DNA of 39,245 nucleotides from positions 1-39,245 of the IMG/VR virus record IMGVR_UViG_3300028835_000398; one strand, 5' to 3'. Source of the stretch: a virus. This document shows, one piece after another, positions 24,443 to 31,279 of the stretch (its first letter is position 1; each line of letters begins with the position of its first letter). The translations under genes and the position numbers were made by a program. The notes below the pieces were generated by a model, which was not told where the DNA came from, did not search any database, and worked only from the letters and a program-made list of their open reading frames with translations.

Positions 24443-24973
24443 CTATCTCTCAGCACTTGCCAGCGATTTTAACCCCTCATTTTTGACATTAGCTTTGCGG
24501 ACATATTTCCGTTTGAAGTGGTATTGTCTGGGGACATACGGGAAAAGCTGATAGCTTCTAAATTGGTAGTCGGTATAGCCGTCCAGAGGGTTGCCGTCTG
24601 TGGCAAAAAAGCCCTTGCTATTGCTGCCTAGAGTGTAGAAGTTGCATTGCATAGCTTTGTCGTAATGAATTTTAATGATAGTTCGTGGGCGTGTAAGCTC
24701 GTAGTCGGTAAAGCCTAGACGCTCTGGCACTCTGGTATTGAGCCTAATCTTATCGCCCAGCAGAAACTTACTTGAGGGGTGCTCAGCGAGGTTGCAGTCC
24801 CGACACAGCACACGGCAGTTATTCTCTGTGGTCTTACCACCGTTGTTGTAAGGATTGATATGAGCTATCTCTCTCCGCTCTTTGTTGCCACACTCAGCAC
24901 AAGGCTTGTCTTGGTCTACAATCCAGAGCCTATGGAGTCTAGCCCGCTCAGTGCGGTCATTGCGATAAGCCAT
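24443..24973 (-). CDS. HNH endonuclease
   Basis: Contains CAECG...EIAHINPYNNGGKTTENNCRVLCRDCNLAEH, which fits the HNH beta-beta-alpha-metal motif with two Cys pairs. Confidence 0.8.
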   Translation of the reverse strand: MAYRNDRTERARLHRLWIVDQDKPCAECGNKERREIAHINPYNNGGKTTENNCRVLCRDCNLAEHPSSKFLLGDKIRLNTRVPERLGFTDYELTRPRTIIKIHYDKAMQCNFYTLGSNSKGFFATDGNPLDGYTDYQFRSYQLFPYVPRQYHFKRKYVRKANVKNEGLKSLASAER

Positions 24974-25001
24974 TGTCTCAATCCCCTTTCATAGACTTGA
25001 G

Positions 25002-25382
25002 CTAAACTAACCTATTTCGTCTTTGCCTTCTTCTGGCATATTTCTTTGAAAAATGCCTTTGCCTAGCCACTACTTGCTTGCCGTGCTTGGGCATAACACC
25101 GCTTAGTTCCTTGAGCTTGCGGTAAAATGTAGCATTATGTCCATTGCTGAAAGGTATGAGACAATGAGCTATCTCTTCCCATAACAACAGACTTGGTAAT
25201 CCAGCGGGAGTCAAGAGTCGCTTGGCACTCCGAATACATACCCAATTACGATGCTTGTCACTAGGGTAACAATGAGCGTGTGCCTTTGCTCTGAAGCTAG
25301 AGCCATCCCCACGTTCTACACAGCCACCAACAAAGACTCTGATACCCCTGTCGTTTGCCTCTTTGACCTTTATCTCTGCCAT
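25002..25382 (-). CDS. Hypothetical early protein with a basic C-terminal tail
   Basis: The preferred ATG is 25382 (MAEIKVKE) after GAAAGGGGA. The track ORF extends to TTG 25430. Confidence 0.55.
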   Translation of the reverse strand: MAEIKVKEANDRGIRVFVGGCVERGDGSSFRAKAHAHCYPSDKHRNWVCIRSAKRLLTPAGLPSLLLWEEIAHCLIPFSNGHNATFYRKLKELSGVMPKHGKQVVARQRHFSKKYARRRQRRNRLV

Positions 25383-25464
25383 TGCCAATCCCCTTTCAAT
25401 GAATTGTGCTTGAAGGCTCAGGACTGCCAACTAGCTGAAGCTAGCCAGCAGATAGCTGAGCGTT

Positions 25465-25650
25465 CTAGCAATCGTGAGCTTTGCAATAGGCTGAGTCTGC
25501 CTCGGTCTCAAGACGCTCAAGTGGACATTCGCCCATTGGTGGGTCGCAATCCTCTCGCATCCCGTCAAGAGTAAATCTGCAATATGGACACGACATACAG
25601 ACAGGGTTTTTAGGATTGGTTGGAGAAGGCTCTAACTTTGGTTGTGTCAT
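25465..25650 (-). CDS. Small Cys-rich protein, first gene of the early operon
   Basis: 61 aa with CMSCPYC...C...C...C. GAAAGGGGA RBS. Confidence 0.6.
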   Translation of the reverse strand: MTQPKLEPSPTNPKNPVCMSCPYCRFTLDGMREDCDPPMGECPLERLETEADSAYCKAHDC

Positions 25651-25699
25651 TGTTTTATTCCCCTTTCAATCTGGCTTGCCATACTTGCCAGCTACAAAC

Positions 25700-25729
25700 A
25701 GCTTATCACGCCTACAAAAGCCTTGTCAA
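25700..25729 (-). promoter_or_regulatory. Candidate early promoter TTGACA-N18-TAAGCT with a TGn extended -10
   Basis: On the minus strand the sequence reads TTGACAaggcttttgtaggcgTGaTAAGCT, about 50 nt upstream of ATG 25650. Confidence 0.45.
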
Positions 25730-25828
25730 CCCCCCCATTTTAGCTACGAAATAGCCTCTTTTGTAGCTGAATAACTTTATGTCAATTTTGATGAAAATAG
25801 TTTGCCAGCTACGGCTCAGCTTTGACGC

Positions 25829-25857
25829 TTGACAAACTGCCCTCTTTACTTTACGCT
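25829..25857 (+). promoter_or_regulatory. Candidate rightward promoter TTGACA-N17-TACGCT, preceded by a second TTGACG hexamer
   Basis: TTTGACGCTTGACAaactgccctctttacttTACGCT on the plus strand, about 115 nt upstream of 25973. Confidence 0.35.
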
Positions 25858-25972
25858 AGAACTAGGTTGTCATTGGCTTTTTTAAGCTGGGCAATCCCCT
25901 TTCAGAGCCTAGCTGAGACTAGCGGTAATCTTGGCTAGGCTCATTTATAAACGGGGAGAAACTTGTAGCTGA

Positions 25973-26365
25973 GTGAGCCTGACGCAATGTTTATCTTGGA
26001 GGCTAATTAAAGTGGGGGGAGAAGGTTCGGGACGTAAACCCAAGACTATCAAAACAAGGCAGATACAAGAGACCTTGACCGAAGCTGGAGTCTACGGGTC
26101 TAAACTCATTCGCGATATTCTACGGGGCACAGACTCCAAGCATCGCAAGACGAAGCCCGTCTCAATGTCTAAACTCAGGGCTGCTATTGAGGCAATCAAC
26201 CACGCTATAGGTCTACCAAAAGCCAAGATAGAACTCAAAACTGATGCCTTAACGATGAAAGATATTGCTGAATTGGCAGTAAGTTTTGGTCAAGAAGCTG
26301 ATGTTTTAACCGTCCCTTTACCTAAAAAGAGTGTTGAGGAGAAGGTCAAAAGTGAGGAGAATTGA
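25973..26365 (+). CDS. Possible small terminase subunit or DNA-binding protein (first plus-strand gene)
   Basis: The GSGRKPKTIKTRQ basic N-terminus is reminiscent of P27-type small terminases. The likely start is GTG 26012, 9 nt after GGAGG. An iteron array follows the gene. Confidence 0.35.
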   Translation: MSLTQCLSWRLIKVGGEGSGRKPKTIKTRQIQETLTEAGVYGSKLIRDILRGTDSKHRKTKPVSMSKLRAAIEAINHAIGLPKAKIELKTDALTMKDIAELAVSFGQEADVLTVPLPKKSVEEKVKSEEN

Positions 26366-26374
26366 AGCTAATAT

Positions 26375-26448
26375 ACTTCTAGGTTACTTAGGAGTTACTT
26401 CGGAGTTACCTAGAAGTAACTCAGGAGTTAAAGAGAAGTTACTTCTAG
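26375..26448. repeat. Six 11-bp phased iterons (GGAGTTACTT-like), bracketed by ACTTCTAG with an inverted CTAGAAGT at the centre
   Basis: GTTAC or its complement GTAAC occurs at 26383, 26394, 26405, 26416 (inverted) and 26438, with a degenerate GTTAA at 26427. ACTTCTAG is at 26375 and 26441. CTAGAAGT is at 26410. Confidence 0.85.
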
Positions 26449-26460
26449 TTATAGTCGCGC

Positions 26461-26500
26461 TATCTCTATCTCTAAGATTATCTCTAAGATTATCTCTATC
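26461..26500. repeat. TATCTCTAAGAT 12-bp tandem repeat (two perfect copies plus partial copies on each flank)
   Basis: TATCTC starts at 26461, 26467, 26479 and 26491. The perfect 12-mers are at 26467-26478 and 26479-26490. Confidence 0.9.
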
Positions 26501-26515
26501 CCCCCCTACCCCCCC
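26501..26515. repeat. C6-TA-C7 homopolymer block, left arm of an imperfect inverted repeat with 26814..26828
   Basis: CCCCCCTACCCCCCC here is matched by GGGGGGATGGGGGGT at 26814-26828. Confidence 0.8.
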
Positions 26516-26521
26516 AATGAG

Positions 26522-26704
26522 CTATTTACTTAATTCCTTTGAGAGTCTTAGTATCTTGTCCTTGCTGGTGCATCGTAGTTGCTGTGCCATTGCGGAGGGA
26601 AAGCCGAGAGACCTTGCATACTGGTATAACTCGGTTTGCCTTGTCTTCATCTTCTTCTGCCTCTCAATGGTTGCTTTCTTTAAGTCATCAAACTCTTTAC
26701 TCAT
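26522..26704 (-). CDS. 60-aa antisense-oriented small protein (helical, possibly DNA-binding) embedded in the repeat region
   Basis: The preferred ATG is 26704 (MSKEFDDLKK...), 6 nt after GGAGG. It is the only minus-strand gene inside the plus-strand block. A candidate promoter TTGACC-N17-TAGGCT lies at 26724-26752. Confidence 0.55.
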   Translation of the reverse strand: MSKEFDDLKKATIERQKKMKTRQTELYQYARSLGFPSAMAQQLRCTSKDKILRLSKELSK

Positions 26705-26813
26705 AACATACCTCCATACCCTAAGCCTATCATACTCTAATGCAAAGGTCAAGCTTTAATGGGCTATACCCTTCCCTGTGCTGACAGTTCTATACCCCAA
26801 GCACCTCTTTTAA

Positions 26814-26850
26814 GGGGGGATGGGGGGTCGCCTTAAATGTGCAGGGGGGG
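26814..26850. repeat. G6-AT-G6 ... G7 block (right arm of the inverted repeat; G-quadruplex-prone)
   Basis: GGGGGGATGGGGGGTCGCCTTAAATGTGCAGGGGGGG. Confidence 0.8.
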
Positions 26851-26940
26851 TCTATCTAAGGAGGTCGCTCACGCAAGATGGTGTTCAAAACACAGTTCAG
26901 GCGTGGATAGGCACAGTAATTTAAAAACACAGGCAGGAGA

Positions 26941-27020
26941 GTTTACGTTAGTTTAGATTAGTTTAATGCAGTTTGACGAAGTAGAAGGTAGTATAATAAA
27001 GTTTAATAAAGTTACCCTGA
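26941..27020. repeat. Eight helically phased 10-bp units beginning GT(T)TA, containing a TATAAT hexamer
   Basis: The units are gtttacgtta, gtttagatta, gtttaatgca, gtttgacgaa, gtagaaggta, gtataataaa, gtttaataaa and gttaccctga, each starting exactly 10 bp after the previous one. TATAAT is at 26992-26997. Confidence 0.85.
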
Positions 27021-27041
27021 GAAGAAGGAGGAGGAGTAAAA

Positions 27042-27344
27042 ATGACACAGGAATTAAGCATCGCTGAGGATGTCCCCACCCAAGTTATTGGAATATGTCT
27101 GCGGGGAATGAACCTCAAAGAGTATATGAAGGGTTGTCTGGATGGAACTTATCCGTTCCCCATTGGCAGGGATGGCAAGCGGGTAGGGGGTATCCCAGAG
27201 TTGCCCCTTGTTGGAATAAATATGTTATGCGGAGAGCGGGTAATCTACAGAACCCTTGATGATTTGCCTGAGACATCCGTGCCGTGCACCTGTGGAAACC
27301 CGAACCACTGGTTTGTATTTATAGAAGAAAAGGAGAAAAGGTAA
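27042..27344 (+). CDS. Hypothetical protein
   Basis: 100 aa with a strong AGGAGGAGGAG RBS. Confidence 0.6.
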   Translation: MTQELSIAEDVPTQVIGICLRGMNLKEYMKGCLDGTYPFPIGRDGKRVGGIPELPLVGINMLCGERVIYRTLDDLPETSVPCTCGNPNHWFVFIEEKEKR

Positions 27345-27650
27345 ATGTCGGAGCAAAAGTATGACCCAAAGAAGTATGCCCTTGAGCTGGGGTTCTCTGA
27401 GGCGGATGCGGATGCTCTGGGGAAGAGTGGGGTAGATGCCACTCTCCTGAGACGGCTGGCGAAGGCAAAGAGGGCAAAGGGGCTGATACCAGAGCAAATA
27501 AAGATGCGTCAGTCTGAAGTGCCACCACCCAAGAAGGAAGCACCTGCTGAGAGTGAGGCTGCCCCGCCAGAGCCTAAGAAGCACCAGCACTCATACCGTA
27601 AGGACGGGACTTGCGCCTGCGGAATAGCTTTCACAGGAGATTATAGCTAA
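27345..27650 (+). CDS. Hypothetical protein (alternative small-terminase candidate by position)
   Basis: 101 aa, located two genes upstream of the large terminase. Helical N-terminus (KKYALELGFSEADADALGKSG), a Pro/Glu-rich linker and a Cys pair. Confidence 0.55.
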   Translation: MSEQKYDPKKYALELGFSEADADALGKSGVDATLLRRLAKAKRAKGLIPEQIKMRQSEVPPPKKEAPAESEAAPPEPKKHQHSYRKDGTCACGIAFTGDYS

Positions 27651-27674
27651 AATGCTAAACAGGGTGGGCGACCA

Positions 27675-27851
27675 ATGCACGGTAGAAAGCTCTGGGACTG
27701 TGAACTGTGCCCGAAGCCCATCTGTGTCGGTGAGCCTTATCGCTATTGGCGGGTCAAGATTGACGATACCCTTCGGCTGGTGAGGGTTCACCCTGAGTGT
27801 AAATTAAAAGCGGAGCGTGAGAGTGGTATTAGACCAGATAGAAACGATTGA
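27675..27851 (+). CDS. 58-aa zinc-ribbon-like protein (below the ORF-track cutoff)
   Basis: My translation is MHGRKLWDCELCPKPICVGEPYRYWRVKIDDTLRLVRVHPECKLKAERESGIRPDRND. The RBS is weak. It overlaps the 5' end of the terminase ORF. Confidence 0.4.
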   Translation: MHGRKLWDCELCPKPICVGEPYRYWRVKIDDTLRLVRVHPECKLKAERESGIRPDRND

Positions 27852-29283
27852 CATAACCACAGTAGAGGGAGCGAGGTTCGTTACCGAGCAGGGTAAAAAA
27901 TACCCCGACCTCTGGATAGAGAACTATCTGGGCTGCAATATGTGGTCTACCCCTAAGTTAATAGCCCGCTCCACATTCGCTCATCCCAGAACGGCGGTTG
28001 CGTCTGCATCGGCTACCTCAAAATCCCACACGGCAGCCCGCATCGCCTGTGCCTTCCTTTATCTTTTCAGCCCGTCAACGGTTATCACCACCGCCCCTAC
28101 CTTCCGTCAGGTTGAGTCAATCCTGTGGCGTGAAATCAGGGCAGCGTGGGCGGGGTCTAGGGTAAATCTGGGTGGCGACCTCAAGGCGACTGGCATCCAT
28201 ATCAGGGAGGATTGGTTCGCCATCGGTCTTTCTACCGATGAGCCTGAGCGGTTTCAGGGCTTGCATAATGAGAACGTGCTGGTGATTGGCGATGAGGCTA
28301 GCGGTCTCACGCCTAATGTCTACACCGCTATTGAAAATCCCCTGAGTTCGGGTAATGCCCACCTGCTGCTCATCGGAAACCCCACGCAACCTGTCGGCAA
28401 TTTCAGGGATTGCTTCACCGACCCGCAGACCTCAAAGCTCTACAAGACCTTCTATATCTCCTGCTTTGATACGCCCAACTTTACGCAGTTCGGGATTGAT
28501 ATGGACGACATTCGCTCTGGCGAGTGGCGGGATAAAATAGGCGATGCCGACCTTCCCAGACCATACCTCATCACTCCGCAATGGGTCTGGGAACGCTATC
28601 AGGAGTGGGGGGAGAATAATATCCTGTTCCAAGTCTACTGTCTGGGTCGCTTTCCTGACGCTGGCGTTAATACCCTCATCCCCTATCATACTATAGGCTA
28701 CGCAATGGAGACCGTTGAGAAGAAGGCTGAGGGATTGAAGGTCTGTGCCCTTGATGTTTCCAGATATGGCGATGATGAGACTGTTTTAGGCATCAGGCAG
28801 GGCGACAGGATATTCCCGTTGGAACGCTGGGGGCATCAGGATACCACCAACACGGCGGGGCGGGTCGCCAGACTCTTGAGAAAGCACGACCCCGTAGGAT
28901 GCTGGATTGACGCTGTGGGTGTTGGTGCTGGCGTTTATGACAATTTGAAAGCCAACGGCTATCCTGTCTATGAGTTCAACTCGTCTGAGGCTGCTCTGGA
29001 CAAGGAGATATTTGGCAATATCAGGGCTGAGCTATACTTCGCTCTGGGGGATAAGCTGGAAGCGGAGTCGCTGGATTTGCCGAAGGACAATCTCCTCAAA
29101 GGGCAACTCGGCGATATTAGATACCGATACAATACCAAGAACCAGCTTATGATTGAGTCTAAAGAGGAAGCAAGGTCAAGGGGGGTTCGCTCACCAGACA
29201 GGGGCGATACCTTAATGATGCTGATGAAGCCAATAGCAGCGATGATTAACAGTAAGCCTTTCGTAAGAAATACTATGGGCTAA
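27817..29283 (+). CDS. terL: Terminase large subunit
   Basis: 488 aa. Degenerate Walker A region (ASASATSKSHTAA) and Walker B VLVIGDEASG. The C-terminal nuclease-sized half contains VCALDVSRYGDDETV. It lies immediately upstream of the portal gene. Confidence 0.85.
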   Translation: MRVVLDQIETIDITTVEGARFVTEQGKKYPDLWIENYLGCNMWSTPKLIARSTFAHPRTAVASASATSKSHTAARIACAFLYLFSPSTVITTAPTFRQVESILWREIRAAWAGSRVNLGGDLKATGIHIREDWFAIGLSTDEPERFQGLHNENVLVIGDEASGLTPNVYTAIENPLSSGNAHLLLIGNPTQPVGNFRDCFTDPQTSKLYKTFYISCFDTPNFTQFGIDMDDIRSGEWRDKIGDADLPRPYLITPQWVWERYQEWGENNILFQVYCLGRFPDAGVNTLIPYHTIGYAMETVEKKAEGLKVCALDVSRYGDDETVLGIRQGDRIFPLERWGHQDTTNTAGRVARLLRKHDPVGCWIDAVGVGAGVYDNLKANGYPVYEFNSSEAALDKEIFGNIRAELYFALGDKLEAESLDLPKDNLLKGQLGDIRYRYNTKNQLMIESKEEARSRGVRSPDRGDTLMMLMKPIAAMINSKPFVRNTMG

Positions 29284-29294
29284 GGGGGTAACAA

Positions 29295-31064
29295 ATGCCA
29301 ATAGAAATAGCTGAAATAGAGCGGAAGTCAAGCGACTTCAAATCCTTGTTTGACCGACAGGACAAAGATATGGACTTGTATTTCGGCAAGAAATACGAGA
29401 TGCTTGGCTTTGATGACCGACCCATTCCCAAGATAGTGAATTTGACCCTGAACGACCCCGCCGTGTTTGCAGCACGAAGCATAGCTATACTGCAAAGTGC
29501 TGCTCCGCAGACCGTGATTGAGTTGCTGACTCCCGATGATAAGTTCACCCACCACGTTGAGGAGTTTAGCGAGGACTTATACCTCACGGCTGATGAGAAC
29601 TTGGGCTTGCGTGATTTACACGGCATATATCCCTTTGAGGTTGAGCAAAGCTGCATCAGGGGTCGTCTGGCTGCCCAATGCCTAATCAGGTGGGATAAGA
29701 AGCTAGGTAAGGTGGTGATTGATATTCGCCCTATTGACACCCGTTACTTTATCTATGCGATGGGCTATGACGGTATGAAGTGGGGAGCTTACGCTACCAT
29801 CCAGAGCAATGACTACCTGAAAGAAAAATACGGCGAAAAAGGAGACATCGGGGATGAACTCAACAAGGTCTGCTGGGACATTTACGATAGGCAGCGACAT
29901 TACTTTTATATAGGAGAGGGCACGGATGCCCTTCTGGTAGAGAACACCGTGCATCCCTTCAACGGTATAGTGCCGATAATCCACCAGAAAGTTCCCGCAG
30001 GCTCTATGCTGGCACACCCAGACGCTATCCCCCACGATGGTGAGAGCATCTTTGCACTTAACCGAGACCTTTACCCCGAACTGAACCGAATGGCTACCGT
30101 GCTCCACAACCTGACGATGGCTAGCTTCTTTGGGGCTAGGCAGTATGCCAGTGAAGCAGGTGAGCAAAAGAGAACTGAGGCTATTCCTTTCGGTCTGGGC
30201 GTGGTGGTATCGGTTGAGAAGGGCGGTGGCTACACACTGATACCAGTAAACGACATCAGGAACGCCACCAGACTTGAGTATTCAATGCTTGAGAGCCGTC
30301 AGCAGCGTGGCTCTCTGCCTAATATAGACTACGGCAACCTGACCTTCCCGCTCTCAGCCGTTGCCATTGGCAGGCTGACGGAGAGCAAAGACCAGATATT
30401 CGTGCCCCGACTTCAAGCTCTGGCTATGTTCTACCAGAAGCTAACCCGAATGGCTATTAAGCAGATAATAGCCATTGGCAAGCCAGTTGAGCTAGGGGAG
30501 GAAGGACGCAGGCGAACCTATAACCCATCTGACTTGAAGGGTGAATACGTTGTCAAGCACAAATACTTCACCACCAGCAAGGAGCAGAAGCTAGCCAATA
30601 TCACCGAAGCTCAGTCGCTAGGGGGCATTGTCTCAGATGATTACAAGAGGCGTGAAATCCTGATGCTGGCAGACCCAGACGGTGAAGTTGATAAAATCAG
30701 GGACGAGACCGCAGAGAAGATTGACCCTGCCATAGCTCTATACAGGCGTGCTCACAGTCTGGCAGACAAAGAAAAATATGTTGAAGCGGAACTGACACTG
30801 AGGACGCTTGAGATAATGCTGAGGCAGAGAATGATGCAGAAGGCTCTCAGCCTGCCAGAGCAGCCGAAGCAACTAGCGCAGGGCGAGGAGCAACCGAAGT
30901 CCCCGATGCCTTTGATAGAAGGTGGCGGTGGCGGTGGCGAAAGGCGGGAGAAAGGTGAGGAGGAGCGGATGGTGGAGGAGTCTGAGGAGGAGGAGAGAAT
31001 AGCACGGCTGGCTGAAACGGCTAGGCGTGGCAGACCGACACCAGCTTTAACAGGGGGTGAATGA
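29295..31064 (+). CDS. Portal protein
   Basis: 589 aa, located directly after the terminase gene. The C-terminus is Glu/Gly/Arg-rich (GGGGGERREKGEEERMVEESEEEE). The call rests on size and synteny. Confidence 0.75.
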   Translation: MPIEIAEIERKSSDFKSLFDRQDKDMDLYFGKKYEMLGFDDRPIPKIVNLTLNDPAVFAARSIAILQSAAPQTVIELLTPDDKFTHHVEEFSEDLYLTADENLGLRDLHGIYPFEVEQSCIRGRLAAQCLIRWDKKLGKVVIDIRPIDTRYFIYAMGYDGMKWGAYATIQSNDYLKEKYGEKGDIGDELNKVCWDIYDRQRHYFYIGEGTDALLVENTVHPFNGIVPIIHQKVPAGSMLAHPDAIPHDGESIFALNRDLYPELNRMATVLHNLTMASFFGARQYASEAGEQKRTEAIPFGLGVVVSVEKGGGYTLIPVNDIRNATRLEYSMLESRQQRGSLPNIDYGNLTFPLSAVAIGRLTESKDQIFVPRLQALAMFYQKLTRMAIKQIIAIGKPVELGEEGRRRTYNPSDLKGEYVVKHKYFTTSKEQKLANITEAQSLGGIVSDDYKRREILMLADPDGEVDKIRDETAEKIDPAIALYRRAHSLADKEKYVEAELTLRTLEIMLRQRMMQKALSLPEQPKQLAQGEEQPKSPMPLIEGGGGGGERREKGEEERMVEESEEEERIARLAETARRGRPTPALTGGE

Positions 31065-31279
31065 TGGCAAAGAGTTTAGCTGATTGCAAAAACCCAGAGG
31101 AAGCCCACAAGGTAATTGATGAGCGTGTCAAGGCTGCTTTGCAGCAACCGACAGGTGAGAAAATAGAGCGATTTCGGCAGATGATAGCTACCAGAGGTGG
31201 TCAAGTAGGGCAACCGTTCCCACCTGAAAGACCGCAGCAACCCAGAACGCAACTGCCGTCAGTGAGGGCTAACCTATGA
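31061..31279 (+). CDS. Small hypothetical protein, translationally coupled between the portal and giant ORFs
   Basis: 72 aa, with ATGA overlaps at both ends. Confidence 0.55.
   Translation: MMAKSLADCKNPEEAHKVIDERVKAALQQPTGEKIERFRQMIATRGGQVGQPFPPERPQQPRTQLPSVRANL

Noticed and set aside
26375-26500. Possible CRISPR array
   Set aside because: The units are only 11-12 bp and contiguous, with no spacers of 25-40 bp. There are no cas genes. This is an iteron/tandem-repeat pattern instead.
26331-26759. 142-aa plus-strand ORF across the repeat spacer (SLSLRLSLRLSLSPPTPP...)
   Set aside because: Its sequence is just the translation of the 12-bp tandem repeat and the C-runs. It has no RBS. It overlaps the end of the upstream gene and is antisense to a better-supported small gene with its own RBS.
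29273-30167. 155-aa and 154-aa minus-strand ORFs overlapping the portal gene
   Set aside because: They are antisense to a 589-aa ORF with a clear syntenic role, and they lack an RBS. The same reasoning applies to 1359..1820, 28117..28689 and 38339..38815.
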